From NCBI RefSeq assembly GCF_001194135.2, contig NC_068991.1, forward strand, positions 15,737,208 to 15,773,655: DNA of 36,448 bases. Reading direction: 5' to 3'. The translations under genes were made by a program, and so were the position numbers. Of the stretch, positions 9,735-21,720 are shown piece after piece (the first letter of the stretch is position 1; each line of letters opens with the position of its first letter). Below the pieces are notes generated by a model, which did no database searches, was not told where the DNA came from, and saw nothing but the letters and a program-made list of their open reading frames with translations. This DNA comes from Octopus bimaculoides (taxonomy: Eukaryota).

Positions 9735-10285
9735 ATATATGTTTGTTATTTGTGTTGTGCATTTTATTCCCACAGTTTGTTTTCAGGAGACATCAGTCTT
9801 TGTACTTCGGTGATTTTTCTTTCCCTTGTCGGTACCTGTACAATTAAGGCGCGACTATTGCATACAGTCAATAGAATCGTTCCCTCACTAGTGGTTCCTG
9901 TTCGGTCAGAGAGACACTATCTTGTACAATCATCAGTCATTAGAGTGCTTCTCTCCTTGCTGATATTGGCATAGTTAAGGAGTGCATTATCGAACTGTCA
10001 CCCAACTGTTTCTCTGTCTCCCAGCTGTTTCTATCACATACAATCAACAAAATGCTTCTCTATCTGGTCATATCAGAAGAATTATAGAGTTTCTATAGTA
10101 TGTAATCAACTTAATCTTTCTTTCTTTGCCAATAACAAACAGTTACACAACCAGTCTCTATCAAAAAGAGTCAACAGGAGGTTTTCACTCTTTTGTGTGA
10201 ACTAGCGTATTTACGGTCATGAACGTTAAGCTTTTGATCATAGGTCGGTTAGTTGACGCTTTCGCTTGGCTTAAAATATCCATAA
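9735..10285 (+). mobile_element. Unclassified element, copy A: pyrimidine-rich 5' end, about 5 degenerate ~62-bp units, family-C-type 3' tail
   Basis: Continuous homology to the reverse complement of 12235-12960. Unit period of 62 seen at 10041/10103. Confidence 0.75.
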
Positions 10286-10737
10286 CGACATCCGTGGACA
10301 GTTTCACTCCCTAGTGAGACCAGCGACGGTTAAGAAGCAAATAGAATTCAAAGTGACAAGTTGCTGTCTTTGTTGGCAATATCTAAACAGAAGGAAATAA
10401 GTCAATCAATAACATGTGACGCTGTTGTTCTTGTTTAATCCTAGGCTGGTCTTAATTGAGCAGAATTATATTCAAAGGCAGAACGCCACATTAGATAATG
10501 AAGTACTATATACATGCATACATACATACATATATATANNNNNNNNNNNNNNNNNNNNNNNNNNNNNNNNNNNNNNNNNNNNNNNNNNNNNNNNNNNNNN
10601 NNNNNNNNNNNNNNNNNNNNNNNNNNNNNNNNNNNNNNNNNNNNNNNNNNNNNNNNNNNNNNNNNNNNNNNNNNNNNNNNNNNNNNNNNNNNNNNNNNNN
10701 NNNNNNNNNNNNNNNNNNNNNNNNNNNNNNNNNNNNN

Positions 10738-10745
10738 GATCGATC

Positions 10746-10833
<88 letters not shown>

Positions 10834-10836
10834 GAT
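10738..10836. repeat. (GATA)n microsatellite
   Basis: Direct read. Confidence 0.97.
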
Positions 10837-10869
10837 TTATATTGAAATATAAACTAGATATAAGGCCTG

Positions 10870-11110
10870 TAAGTTCTGGCCTATTAGGCCGACGTTTCTC
10901 CTAGTTTCCACGGCGAATAAATGATTGAGACTGAAACAAATCCCTTTGACAGAATTTCAAAGGGATGTCCAGTTACTCCTGGTACTCATTTCAGTTGAGC
11001 AGACCAGAATTGCATGTAATGAAGTACTTTGCTCAAAGACAGAATGCACCCCCTTCCCCTTCCCTTCCAGGAATCGAAAATGCGACCTCATCGTGGCCCA
11101 TGCGCTTTTA
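10870..11110 (-). mobile_element. Degenerate SINE family D
   Basis: Reverse complement shows a B-box-like TTCGATTCC, core GTCTTTGAGCAAAGTACTTCATTACA..CTCAACTGAAATGAGTACC and a distinct tail. Confidence 0.6.
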
Positions 11111-11682
11111 TCATACCAGATATACAATGTATTTTAAAAAGCCGGGGTGGTCATAACTCGACACATTTGATTGCAAGTCTGCTACAACATAGTAGTGGGA
11201 TTAAACAACAGCAATGTAATGGTGTGATCTGAGCTACGACAAAGTCCTAGGATATAAGAAACGTGTGGAAATTCAATCGTCTTCTACACTCCATCAGCCC
11301 CAATGTATTGTGCCAATATAAGAAATCTTAACGTGAAATGAAAAAGTAAACGCTTCGCTGGTGAAGTTTGATATGATCAAAACACATTGCAGAAGTTATC
11401 GCCCTTACTTGCTAAGATAAGTTCAAAGAACTATTAGTCAGTGAGTTAAAATATTCGTCTCTTCACCAAATTAATATTATTCATTGGATTGTCCTCTTCG
11501 CTACATTAATTGTTGTGGCATGATTATGACTGTCTGATTCGTACGCATGACATGGTATTTATTATTGGCAAATATTTCCTCTCATTACATCAGTTGTCAT
11601 GGGATCTAACATGAATGCTTTATTCATGTCGGTGACGTCTCAAAGTTAAATTTATTCAGTTATAAATATCTTACGAACTTAC

Positions 11683-11781
11683 AGGTTCTGACCAGAAATC
11701 TCGCAGGGATTTGTTGAAATCAACAGGAGTTGATTCGTTTAACACAGAATCACTCCTTACAAATGTGGTCTTGTGTCGATA
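11683..11781 (-). CDS. Internal exon (99 nt, phase 0-0) of an unidentified gene: YRHKTTFVRSDSVLNESTPVDFNKSLRDFWSEP
   Basis: Strong acceptor tccgtcttttgccttccag, consensus donor gtaagt, single open frame, in phase with 12021-12102. Confidence 0.68.
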
Positions 11782-12020
11782 CTGGAAGGCAAAAGACGGA
11801 TAGGGAATGTTGAATGACAAATTAAATATTTTGCAGGTTGTAAGTGACAGCGTTGGAGAAACTAATGATACAAAATGACTGGGGAGAAGTGCCAAGGCAC
11901 GTTATCAGTACGAATCCTAATAGTTAAATTACAAACGTTCTGCTCAGTGTAGTGAGCGAAAAATTCAATAATGATAACGCAGTGAGTAATAGAAAATGTC
12001 TCATATTTATTCTCTCTCAC

Positions 12021-12102
12021 CTTGGTAACTATAGACGACAACTCCCGGCATATTTCGAACTTATTAGACGTCCACAGCGACGTATAACCATTTTCGTTCT
12101 TG
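12021..12102 (-). CDS. Internal exon (82 nt, phase 2-0): KNENGYTSLWTSNKFEICRELSSIVTK
   Basis: Acceptor tcactttttaatctag, donor AAG/gtgaga, open frame joining the next exon across a 239-nt intron. Confidence 0.65.
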
Positions 12103-12234
12103 CTAGATTAAAAAGTGAATCACTGTTTTGATATACCATTATGTACACGCGTAAGTGTTAAAAAAAATCTATTATAATGACTGGGGATGCAACAATATTT
12201 AACCTAGAGTTGATGTCTTCTCTAGTCGATGTTG

Positions 12235-12960
12235 TTGTTTCTGTTGTTGTCTAAACTCTATCTCAGCCTTCATTCAGCACATCTATAATCATAGGCGTAC
12301 CAGCCATTCTCGTATGTGCGCTGTTTCAGCAGGAAGGTGGTGAAGCATCCTGGTCACTCTATATGGATAATGACTGTTCGTGACTTGTGTTACTAAGGAG
12401 TAGGAAAAGATTCAAGTGGTTGTATGTCATACAACACTCTCAATAACTGAAATGATATTGACGGAGTGAGAAACACTTTGTTCATTGTATGTGATAAGTG
12501 TTTCAAAAACTGTACCAGGCAGAAACATTTTGTTCATAGTAAGTGATAGTGTCTCTCTAACTGTGCAGATATCAACAGGACGAGAGACAATTTGTTGATA
12601 GTGTTTCTATGACTGTTCTGGTTTTACCAGGATGAGAAAAGTTTTTGCAGATTGTATGCGATAGTGTTTCTATAACTACGCTGGCATCAGCAGGGAGAGA
12701 AGCAGCTGAGTGAATATGAGAGAATTCACTCTTTAATTATGTCAATATCAATTGGGTGAGAAGCTCTCTAATCACTGACGATTACGTGAGAGTCTCTACA
12801 ACTGAGCAGATACCACCAGGGCGAGAACCGCTCTATTGATTGTATGCACTAGTCACTCCTGAATTGTACTGGTGTCGTCAACAAGGAAAAGAAAAATCAT
12901 CGAACACAAAGACTTCGGTTTCTTCTGGAAATAAAGCATGGGAATAAAACAGAGAAAACA
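12235..12960 (-). mobile_element. Unclassified element, copy B: about 7 degenerate 52-65-bp units, family-C-type tail ending in (CAA)n
   Basis: Inverted homolog of 9735-10285. Unit anchor TTGTATG at 12420, 12485, 12652 and 12840. Confidence 0.75.
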
Positions 12961-14169
12961 AAACAAGAAAATATATTTATTATAAAGACAAAGAAAACGT
13001 TTGTCATGCGATATCTCCACTCCTTTTCGCTNNNNNNNNNNNNNNNNNNNNNNNNNNNNNNNNNNNNNNNNNNNNNNNNNNNNNNNNNNNNNNNNNNNNN
13101 NNNNNNNNNNNNNNNNNNNNNNNNNNNNNNNNNNNNNNNNNNNNNNNNNNNNNNNNNNNNNNNNNNNNNNNNNNNNNNNNNNNNNNNNNNNNNNNNNNNN
13201 NNNNNNNNNNNNNNNNNNNNNNNNNNNNNNNNNNNNNNNNNNNNNNNNNNNNNNNNNNNNNNNNNNNNNNNNNNNNNNNNNNNNNNNNNNNNNNNNNNNN
13301 NNNNNNNNNNNNNNNNNNNNNNNNNNNNNNNNNNNNNNNNNNNNNNNNNNNNNNNNNNNNNNNNNNNNNNNNNNNNNNNNNNNNNNNNNNNNNNNNNNNN
13401 NNNNNNNNNNNNNNNNNNNNNNNNNNNNNNNNNNNNNNNNNNNNNNNNNNNNNNNNNNNNNNNNNNNNNNNNNNNNNNNNNNNNNNNNNNNNNNNNNNNN
13501 NNNNNNNNNNNNNNNNNNNNNNNNNNNNNNNNNNNNNNNNNNNNNNNNNNNNNNNNNNNNNNNNNNNNNNNNNNNNNNNNNNNNNNNNNNNNNNNNNNNN
13601 NNNNNNNNNNNNNNNNNNNNNNNNNNNNNNNNNNNNNNNNNNNNNNNNNNNNNNNNNNNNNNNNNNNNNNNNNNNNNNNNNNNNNNNNNNNNNNNNNNNN
13701 NNNNNNNNNNNNNNNNNNNNNNNNNNNNNNNNNNNNNNNNNNNNNNNNNNNNNNNNNNNNNNNNNNNNNNNNNNNNNNNNNNNNNNNNNNNNNNNNNNNN
13801 NNNNNNNNNNNNNNNNNNNNNNNNNNNNNNNNNNNNNNNNNNNNNNNNNNNNNNNNNNNNNNNNNNNNNNNNNNNNNNNNNNNNNNNNNNNNNNNNNNNN
13901 NNCGCGTATATATATACATACATACACACATACATATGTATGTATAATGTATGTGTGTGCGCGCGTATATATATACATACACATAATGAAGGTGTAATTG
14001 TAGTGTTTAATGTATGTATATATGTGCAAACCTGAATATGGTATGTTTGATTGAGTGTAGAGCGAACTATAAAGATACGAAGAGAATGGAAGAGGTGGGC
14101 GAGTCAGAAAATGGAATAGAAGAAAGCTTAGCGCAAAATGTCACCCTCTAACAACACTGAACTGCAGTT

Positions 14170-14345
14170 GTTGATCACTGTGTCGGTTCTGATTGGACAG
14201 ACCTATGATCATAGGCATTCTACTTATGGCCATCTCACTGTTTTGAGTATTAGGGACTCTATCTCCCAATGTCTTGTCTTCTTTCATTGAAAATAGCGGC
14301 GTTTGATTTAAGGGAGGTTTGGCTAAGTTTGCAGCGAATCAAGTA
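14170..14345 (-). mobile_element. Repeat family C (retroposon-like), degenerate
   Basis: Reverse complement aligns with 20080-20270 (..GCCTATGATCATAGGTCTG..). Confidence 0.6.
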
Positions 14346-14414
14346 ACTATGTACATATTCCCTCGTTGATTCATGTTGGCTTCTAAATTTGCATGTATGT
14401 ACGTAACATCTGAT

Positions 14415-14630
14415 CGCGTTGGTTCACTTCAGAGCAACCCTCACAGAGCAGACACAGAGCTGTGATCAAAGGCACACCAGCTGTGAACGACTTGTCTTTT
14501 TTTTTTTCCTTCATGCAAGGAAGGGATGGCGATCCGTATTTAAACCATCGTGTCTCTTTTCAAAACTGCAGGATGTGATTTGAAGTGGGAAGATCCGACT
14601 GCTATTTCTAATAGTTCACAACATCACGCT
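14415..14630 (-). mobile_element. Repeat family C, second degenerate copy
   Basis: Reverse complement CTATTAGAAATAGCAGTCGGATCTTCCCACTTCAAATCAC..GCCTTTGATCACAG aligns with 20090-20290. Confidence 0.6.
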
Positions 14631-15844
14631 TCTTTTCCTCGTTCGTATGAGAGCGTTTCAATAAAGTCTGTTGCCATGCATGTTGAATCTATGGATCTTG
14701 CTGTTTTCTACTCTCACTCTCTCTGTGCCTCCCCTCTTTTTCTGTTTAATCTATGTTGAGGCTTACATAGTGTTCCGTTGATGCTCAATATGTGTAATAC
14801 AACGCACATTTCCTGCTAGTTTCAATAGAGTTTCATTGCTCTCTATTCCTGCTAGTCATTAAATTCATCCATCTCTACATACCCACCAATCTATTTCTTC
14901 TCTTTTCCCATTCTCTCGTTCTCTCTTTCTCTCTCCACGCACACACACGCCCATATATATATNNNNNNNNNNNNNNNNNNNNNNNNNNNNNNNNNNNNNN
15001 NNNNNNNNNNNNNNNNNNNNNNNNNNNNNNNNNNNNNNNNNNNNNNNNNNNNNNNNNNNNNNNNNNNNNNNNNNNNNNNNNNNNNNNNNNNNNNNNNNNN
15101 NNNNNNNNNNNNNNNNNNNNNNNNNNNNNNNNNNNNNNNNNNNNNNNNNNNNNNNNNNNNNNNNNNNNNNNNNNNNNNNNNNNNNNNNNNNNNNNNNNNN
15201 NNNNNNNNNNNNNNNNNNNNNNNNNNNNNNNNNNNNNNNNNNNNNNNNNNNNNNNNNNNNNNNNNNNNNNNNNNNNNNNNNNNNNNNNNNNNNNNNNNNN
15301 NNNNNNNNNNNNNNNNNNNNNNNNNNNNNNNNNNNNNNNNNNNNNNNNNNNNNNNNNNNNNNNNNNNNNNNNNNNNNNNNNNNNNNNNNNNNNNNNNNNN
15401 NNNNNNNNNNNNNNNNNNNNNNNNNNNNNNNNNNNNNNNNNNNNNNNNNNNNNNNNNNNNNNNNNNNNNNNNNNNNNNNNNNNNNNNNNNNNNNNNNNNN
15501 NNNNNNNNNNNNNNNNNNNNNNNNNNNNNNNNNNNNNNNNNNNNNNNNNNNNNNNNNNNNNNNNNNNNNNNNNNNNNNNNNNNNNNNNNNNNNNNNNNNN
15601 NNNNNNNNNNNNNNNNNNNNNNNNNNNNNNNNNNNNNNNNNNNNNNNNNNNNNNNNNNNNNNNNNNNNNNNNNNNNNNNNNNNNNNNNNNNNNNNNNNNN
15701 NNNNNNNNNNNNNNNNNNNNNNNNNNNNNNNNNNNNNNNNNNNNNNNNNNNNNNNNNNNNNNNNNNNNNNNNNNNNNNNNNNNNNNNNNNNNNNNNNNNN
15801 NNNNNNNNNNNNNNNNNNNNNNNNNCATACTATCGCTGCCATCT

Positions 15845-16050
15845 ATTGTTAGCCATTCCCCTCCACCACCATCGTCTAATTTGTAGCACCATCTGCCGCC
15901 GCATCCGCCACCACTCCCGCCACTACCATCGCCGCCACCACTACTCCCACCACTACCATCACCGCCACCATTACTCCCACCACAACTACCGTCACCACCG
16001 CTAACCGCCCCCCACCTCCATCACCTCCACCGTCACCAAATTTCCATTAC
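15845..16050. repeat. Degenerate (ACC)n/(CCA)n low-complexity tract
   Basis: Direct read. Confidence 0.9.
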
Positions 16051-16519
16051 TAACCACTTCACTAACTGCTGAATCACGCCGCCGCTTATACAGCAATGTC
16101 GGCGACAAAGGAATGTTTCTCCGTTGTTGTACTGTGAGATTTAATCATATGGCTTGTACAATGAACGAACGAATGAATGGCTTTTTATCAAATAAACACC
16201 CTTTGACTTTAATGGAAATATCGTCTTTGCTTCCTTTCTATCTCACGCAGACTCACATACATACATGTGTGTGTATATTGTATGTATTAAACGCATACAT
16301 ACGCATACGCACAAATGTATGTATATTATACTGTTATTTGATATTCTCACTGAGTTTCTCCTTTTCTCCTTTTCATTTTAGATACTCTTCCCAATTTTCT
16401 GCCTCCCCAGACCACTCCTCACCATTTTTTCCCCATAATTTTCTCATGTGTACTGCAAAATGAATTTTCCCATGTAATACATGCAAACAAAACGCATACA
16501 CACACAGAAATACACATTA

Positions 16520-16566
16520 CATGTATGTATGTATGTATGTATGTATGTATGTATGTATGTATGTAT
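16520..16566. repeat. (TATG)n microsatellite
   Basis: Direct read. Confidence 0.95.
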
Positions 16567-16764
16567 GGGTTTCATATTGAAAGACTCCCAATTTTTCCTG
16601 CCCACCAAACGCATATGGAAGCCATTGCTGGAACGCTGTCATGCTCTTGGCAAAGGAATGCAGATCTGCTCTTGGTTGGCCGGTTTAGTGTCGAACAACA
16701 AAAACGACAACAACATGTCCTGTCATGACACGATTTTAATCAATCAATCAAGCAGCCATATTGG

Positions 16765-16853
16765 TGATGACGACGACGATGACAACGGTAATGGCGGTGG
16801 TGCTGGTGCTGGTGCTGGTGGTCTTGGTGTCGTCGTCGTCATTGTTCTCATGC

Positions 16854-16890
<37 letters not shown>
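16765..16890. repeat. Compound (GAC)/(GGT)/(GAT)n trinucleotide tract
   Basis: Direct read. Confidence 0.92.
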
Positions 16891-17031
16891 TCGATGCCGA
16901 TGGCGATTTATTAATAAAGAACAGCAGCCGATAACTCTGGCAGTGTTTGACTTGTCTCTCAGAGCGTTCTTTGTTTGCTCTTGTCTTGCTCGGCGCGCAA
17001 AACGAGTTTGGTTTCGTGAGGTCAGCGCATT

Positions 17032-17035
17032 ATTA

Positions 17036-17073
<38 letters not shown>

Positions 17074-17083
17074 TTACTATTAT
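17032..17083. repeat. (TAC)n/(TAT)n microsatellite
   Basis: Direct read; abuts a SINE A head. Confidence 0.95.
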
Positions 17084-17298
17084 GACGGCGAGCTGGCAGA
17101 ACCGTTAGCACGCTAGACGAAATGCCCGGCGGTATTTCGTTTGTCTTTACGTTCAGAGTTCACATCCTTTTGAAGTCGACTTTGCCTTTCATCCTTTCGG
17201 GGTCGATGCAATAACTACTGGTCGAGCACTGGGATCGATGTAACCGACTAACAACCTCCCCACAAAATGTCAGGCCTTGTGCCCATAGATGAAAAGAT
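17084..17298 (+). mobile_element. SINE family A, full length
   Basis: Head GGCGAGCTGGCAGAA (A box), degenerate B box, conserved centre, tail CCTTGTGCCCATAGATGAAAAGATT. Confidence 0.88.
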
Positions 17299-17699
17299 TG
17301 TTGCTAGTGTTATTTCTGTCGTTGTTGCTGTTTCGTTTTATGTCAAATCCTGTTCAGAATTTTAAAAGAAAATCATTCTTCTGTAAGAATTGCTTGAAAA
17401 GAAAACTAGAAAAATTTCGTACGCGCGCGTGTGTTTTAGATTTATTTTCTAAAGAATCGTATGACATTTCAAATCAAAGAGCTTGTTGCCGCTGTTGCTG
17501 TTTTTAGCCTGAGGCTAGTTCTAATCAAGAAGACTTATGATCCCCGCCGTAATTATGGCGTTTTCTTTGATCTTTCTTCTTTTTTTTTTTTAATTAATTT
17601 TTTGTATGTTCCTTTCATTTATAATTGTTCAATAGTGGTTATTTTCAATCTCGTTGACGCCATGAGGCACAGCAAGATCAATTATCGTTCACCTCTTAC

Positions 17700-18012
17700 T
17701 TTTTGCTTGTTTCAGTCATTGCACTGCGGCCATGCTGGGGTACCACCATGAAGGGTCGCTTTTGTTGAATTGCTAGGTTACGGAGATTTAAACAAACCAA
17801 CACCGGTTCTCAAGCAGTGATAAACGCACACACACATAGATATATGCATATATACGACGGGATAACATCAGTTTCCGTCTTACCAAATCCATTCACAAGG
17901 TTTTGGTCAGTCTGAGGTTAGATTAAAAGACACTTGCCCAAGGTACCACACAGTAGGACTGAACCTGGAACTATAAGGCTGGAAAGCAAGCTTCTTACCA
18001 CACAGCCACGGC
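17700..18012 (-). mobile_element. SINE family E (CORE-like; possibly the octopus OR-type SINEs)
   Basis: Reverse complement has a tRNA-like head GTGGCTGTGTGGTAAG..GGTTCAGTCC, CORE-like CCTTGGGCAAGT, and tail CCAGCATGGCCGCAGT..TGACTGAAACAAGC. Confidence 0.88.
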
Positions 18013-18020
18013 TATCATAC

Positions 18021-18090
18021 TTTTCTTCTTTTTTTATCTTTCGCTCAGGAGAGTTGGCAGTGCAAATGGCCTTCTGCAGGGTCTCTGAGA
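18021..18090 (-). CDS. Candidate internal exon (70 nt, phase 1-2): SETLQKAICTANSPERKIKKEE
   Basis: Strong acceptor ctgttcttccttttcgccag, donor AAA/gtatga. The only open frame ends in phase 2, matching the start of 12021-12102. Confidence 0.5.
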
Positions 18091-18229
18091 CTGGCGAAAA
18101 GGAAGAACAGCAGTATTCTTACGTTGGAAACCTGGATTGAATACTAGTAATAAGATGGTCCCCACTAAAGGCACCCAAGATTCTATAAGGTGGTGTTAAA
18201 CCGGATAACGGTTTAAGTCTACCATCGAA

Positions 18230-18420
18230 GTACGCCATGGTGGGATTTGAACACAGAACACAAACAACCGGCACAAATAGTGTAAGGTATCTATCGGATG
18301 TTCTTACAGTTCCATCAGTCCATTGTCTTGGATTTGTACATTTTTTCATCGACCCCTGAATAACGAAAAGCACAGTTGACCTCGGCGAGATTTGAACTCA
18401 GAGCAGAGAACAAAACATAA
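18230..18420 (-). mobile_element. Two adjacent SINE family A-like fragments
   Basis: GATTTGAAC..AGAAC and TCGACCCC..GTTGACCTCGGCGAGATTTGAACTCAG are reverse complements of the family A head and centre. Confidence 0.6.
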
Positions 18421-18464
18421 AAAGATGTCAATGGTGTACTTCACATGGAAACGAAATATTAAAC

Positions 18465-18730
18465 ATATGCACAGACACACACACACGGTCTCACACACAC
18501 GCACACGCACACACACATACAGAGTCTCACACACACACACACACATACACACCCACATATATAAACAAACTATAATTAATGTTAAAATTGTTTTACATTA
18601 ATGGCGTACTTCGCATGAAGACTCACACACCACACATGAATACGCAAAATTACACACACACACACAAACAAATACACTCTCTCCTCTCTGTCCCTCTCTC
18701 TATCCCTGTCTTTCTCCATGTCTCTCTCCT

Positions 18731-18780
<50 letters not shown>
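18465..18780. repeat. (CA)n and (CT)n microsatellite cluster
   Basis: Direct read. Confidence 0.92.
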
Positions 18781-18782
<2 letters not shown>

Positions 18783-19227
18783 CTATAATCTCTAAGTTAA
18801 AATTTCTTGAAAACTCAGAACGATATTTTTTTAATCTCGTTTTATTAATCCAAAATCATAGATAACACATCTTTTTAACGCAATCAAACATTAAAAAGGA
18901 TTTTCTAAATCCATTATATTACTTGAGCATCTTTGAAAATTCTCTTTTTAAAAAATCCATAACACACAGATAATCCTTTCTGGTGTGCCGTTTGTGAAAA
19001 AAACTGCGGGAACGAATCATTTACGAGAGATGTGACTCCTGTATCTAACAGGACGAGTGACCGTGTAAACATTCCTTCGTTGCCATTTTTGTTTGTTTCT
19101 CTTGATGGCTTGACATAGAATCATCTGAATAATTGGCGTTAAATGAAATGTTTCTTTTCTTACTAGGAATTAGGATAAATATATCACTTCATACTATAAT
19201 TTGGACAATATCATAAATGAATTCTAG

Positions 19228-19418
19228 GGCAGCGAGCTGACAGAATCGTTAGCACGCCGGACAAAATGCTTAGCGGCATTTCATCCATCTTTACGCTCCC
19301 AGTTCAAATTCCGCCGAGGTCGAAATTTGCCTTTCATCCCTTCAGGGTCGATAAAATAAGTACTAGTTGAGTACTGGGATCGAGGTAATCGACTTGCTCC
19401 CGAAATTTGAAACCACTA
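19228..19418 (+). mobile_element. SINE family A (AAATTTGAAACC tail type)
   Basis: Complete head with A and B boxes; conserved centre. Confidence 0.9.
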
Positions 19419-20054
19419 TAATAAATGTGTGTTTTCGTACAATATTTTCGAGTTGGGTAAATATACTATTTCGTACATGACTTTCTTTTGGATGTAGTTT
19501 CATAGACATGAAGCAGTATTTCAATATAGGTTTTTCAGTTATAAATCACAACTCTGTAAGTATACATGTCTAATACTGACCGATTTTATGTCATTTCGTA
19601 AAAATTACCATTTACCATGCCTTGGTTCAATAATTCCTAAACCTTACGGTAAACTATTTCATCACTTCAGTTGAATGGGGGGAGAGCATCATATCTTTTT
19701 GCCTCCTGGATAAGACGCACGTCTACCGAAAATTACGTTTTTTGAGATTTTGGTGATCTAGTTCAGACGGCACAGTAAACCACAGAATACAAATTATGCG
19801 TTCCGATCGCACAAATCTCTAGAAATGTGGGATACTTTCCCATTTTGTTCTTGCTGACATTAATCTGTGGATGTTACAACTATCCGTGAAGCGTCACAGT
19901 TCAAGGAAATAATCGCCATTACTTACTCGTCTTTACAAGTTATAATTTATCTTACTACTATCTTTTTCTTTTAATAACAGTTTGCTGCTTTATTTCTCTC
20001 CTTTAATCGTTAACGGGTGTTTGCACCTGACCATGGGCATGTCCCTCCTCCCTT

Positions 20055-20297
20055 ATTCAGCGAGGGAGCCTCTACGTAGTCACTTATCGACCTGTTAGAT
20101 GTAGTAATTAGATCTCCCGCAGAACAACCCACCCTACTCTCGTCTGCTTACCTACCGTCTAAGAAAAGGACACATTGGGTAATGTGATCCTGGGTGTACT
20201 TTGCTGCGCAGTGAAACATAGGGAATGGTCACAGGTGGATTGCTTTTAATCATATGTCTGCTCAGTCAAGGCTGACCTACGGTTAAACAACAGCAAC
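20055..20297 (+). mobile_element. Repeat family C with (CAA)-type tail
   Basis: Homologous to 14170-14345 and 14415-14630; ends GGTTAAACAACAGCAAC. No tRNA head recognised. Confidence 0.62.
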
Positions 20298-20498
20298 TTA
20301 ACCAAGGAAGCAGATAAATGAATAAAATGAATGCGAATTTTCAATAAGGGAGAATCGAAAATAGGTCGCGATCATGATATATTAAAAGCTTCAGTTAGCT
20401 CTTTACTTCTCCGTAATACAATCACACACAAGAAGCAGGCTGGCTGATAATCTTTTGAGATAAAACGTGCTTCGGTTTACTGAACGTGTAAAGGGAAA

Positions 20499-20654
20499 TG
20501 AGTCATGTTAGCTTCGCAATGCTTTTAGAAGACGTTGCTAAATATGGCAAACATACATTATGAATCGATGTAAACAGCTAAGGCGTGTACATAAAAACGA
20601 AACAGTACGTTACGCCCACATCACAACGGCCAAACCACGCCCACCAAAATGGCG
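20499..20654. promoter_or_regulatory. Promoter-like motif cluster
   Basis: AP-1 TGAGTCA (20499-20505), KLF/Sp-type TACGCCCAC (20611-20619) and CCACGCCCAC (20635-20644), YY1-type CAAAATGGCG (20645-20654), in locally CpG-enriched non-repeat sequence. Confidence 0.4.
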
Positions 20655-20904
20655 ACCGTATTTAATAGCTGGCTATGTAGCAGGGAAAAACCAAATTCGT
20701 TTACAAATTAAGCTTGAATTCATGTCTTAATCTTGCAGGCGAGTTTCATACCTAGAGTTTGATCGGTCTCGTTACTGTTTTAACTACAATTCTAATAGCT
20801 AAACGTACGAAGCTGTGATACGTTTTAACCTTGTATTCTCTCCTGATACAAATTGAGTTGTGCTATGTGTGTAACGTACTTATCTTCGTTAACTAGTTCA
20901 TGGC

Positions 20905-21038
20905 TTTGTGTGTGCGGTGCGTGTGTTGTGTTGTGTTGTGTTGTGTTGTGTTGTGTTGTGTGTGTGTGTGTGTGTGTGTGTTGTGTGTGTGTGTGTGTGT
21001 GTGTGTGTGNNNNNNNNNNNNNNNNNNNNNNNNNNNNN

Positions 21039-21078
<40 letters not shown>

Positions 21079-21305
21079 TGCGTGTGTCTGTGTGCGTGTA
21101 TATATATATATATATATACATATATATATGTATGTATATGTCTTTGTGAATATAGGTATGTATTTTTATATGTATATATATATATAAATGCGTGTGTACG
21201 TTTGTACATATACATATGTACATGTTTCAGCTGTTTATATGTGTGCGCACAGACACACACAAACACACACGTACACATACATACTGACAGACAGACAGAC
21301 AGAAA
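20905..21305. repeat. Compound (GTGTT)n/(GT)n/(GA)n/(TA)n microsatellite cluster
   Basis: Direct read. Confidence 0.93.
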
Positions 21306-21720
21306 GTGATTCCTTTATTCTTTCACTGAAGTTAGTCAGTGGACAACTCCCCATGCGCGAGTGTTGTATTCGCGGTACTTTTAGTCGAGCATATCAATCC
21401 AAATACCTCTTTTTCTCTAGTACTTATTTCATCGATTTGTTTCGCATGGTTTAAGTCGGTTGCTTTTTGGAGCAACTCGATGCATCATTTTTATACTTGC
21501 GTACGAACACGTAAGCACACGCACTCGCACGCGCGCACACATATCGCAAATTATTTGCATTCCTCGCAACTGATTCAATCTCTTCTGCATTCCTGACTAA
21601 GCAAAGCCTATGAATGCCTCATTTCAGGTGGAATGTATTGTCATCCTGTTTATATTCTGGAGATTTTGTTGATCTGCTTTAGTTTTGCAGCTCTCTATCT
21701 CATCTATGTGTTTATATTTA

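Noticed and set aside
9787-9974. Plus-strand 62-codon frame after a good acceptor in element copy A
   Set aside because: The homologous frame in copy B has stops and indels, and the 62-bp unit is not a multiple of 3.
11409-11430. 22-nt minus-strand exon (FFELILA) that would link phase 0 to phase 1
   Set aside because: No polypyrimidine tract; it was chosen only because it fits the phase.
12420-12850. Array with CRISPR-like spacing (also the 231-bp and 165-bp arrays)
   Set aside because: Units are degenerate along their whole length, with no constant-repeat/unique-spacer alternation and no cas genes; eukaryotic context.
14572-14644. Plus-strand exon look-alike GCDLKWEDPTAIS..
   Set aside because: It lies within the antisense strand of a family C repeat.
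14767-14812. 46-nt minus-strand exon candidate (phase 1-2)
   Set aside because: The acceptor lacks a pyrimidine tract; 18021-18090 fills the same phase slot with better signals.
16481-16858. 125-aa plus-strand ORF
   Set aside because: It begins in (TATG)n and ends in trinucleotide repeats; no splice signals or recognisable domain.
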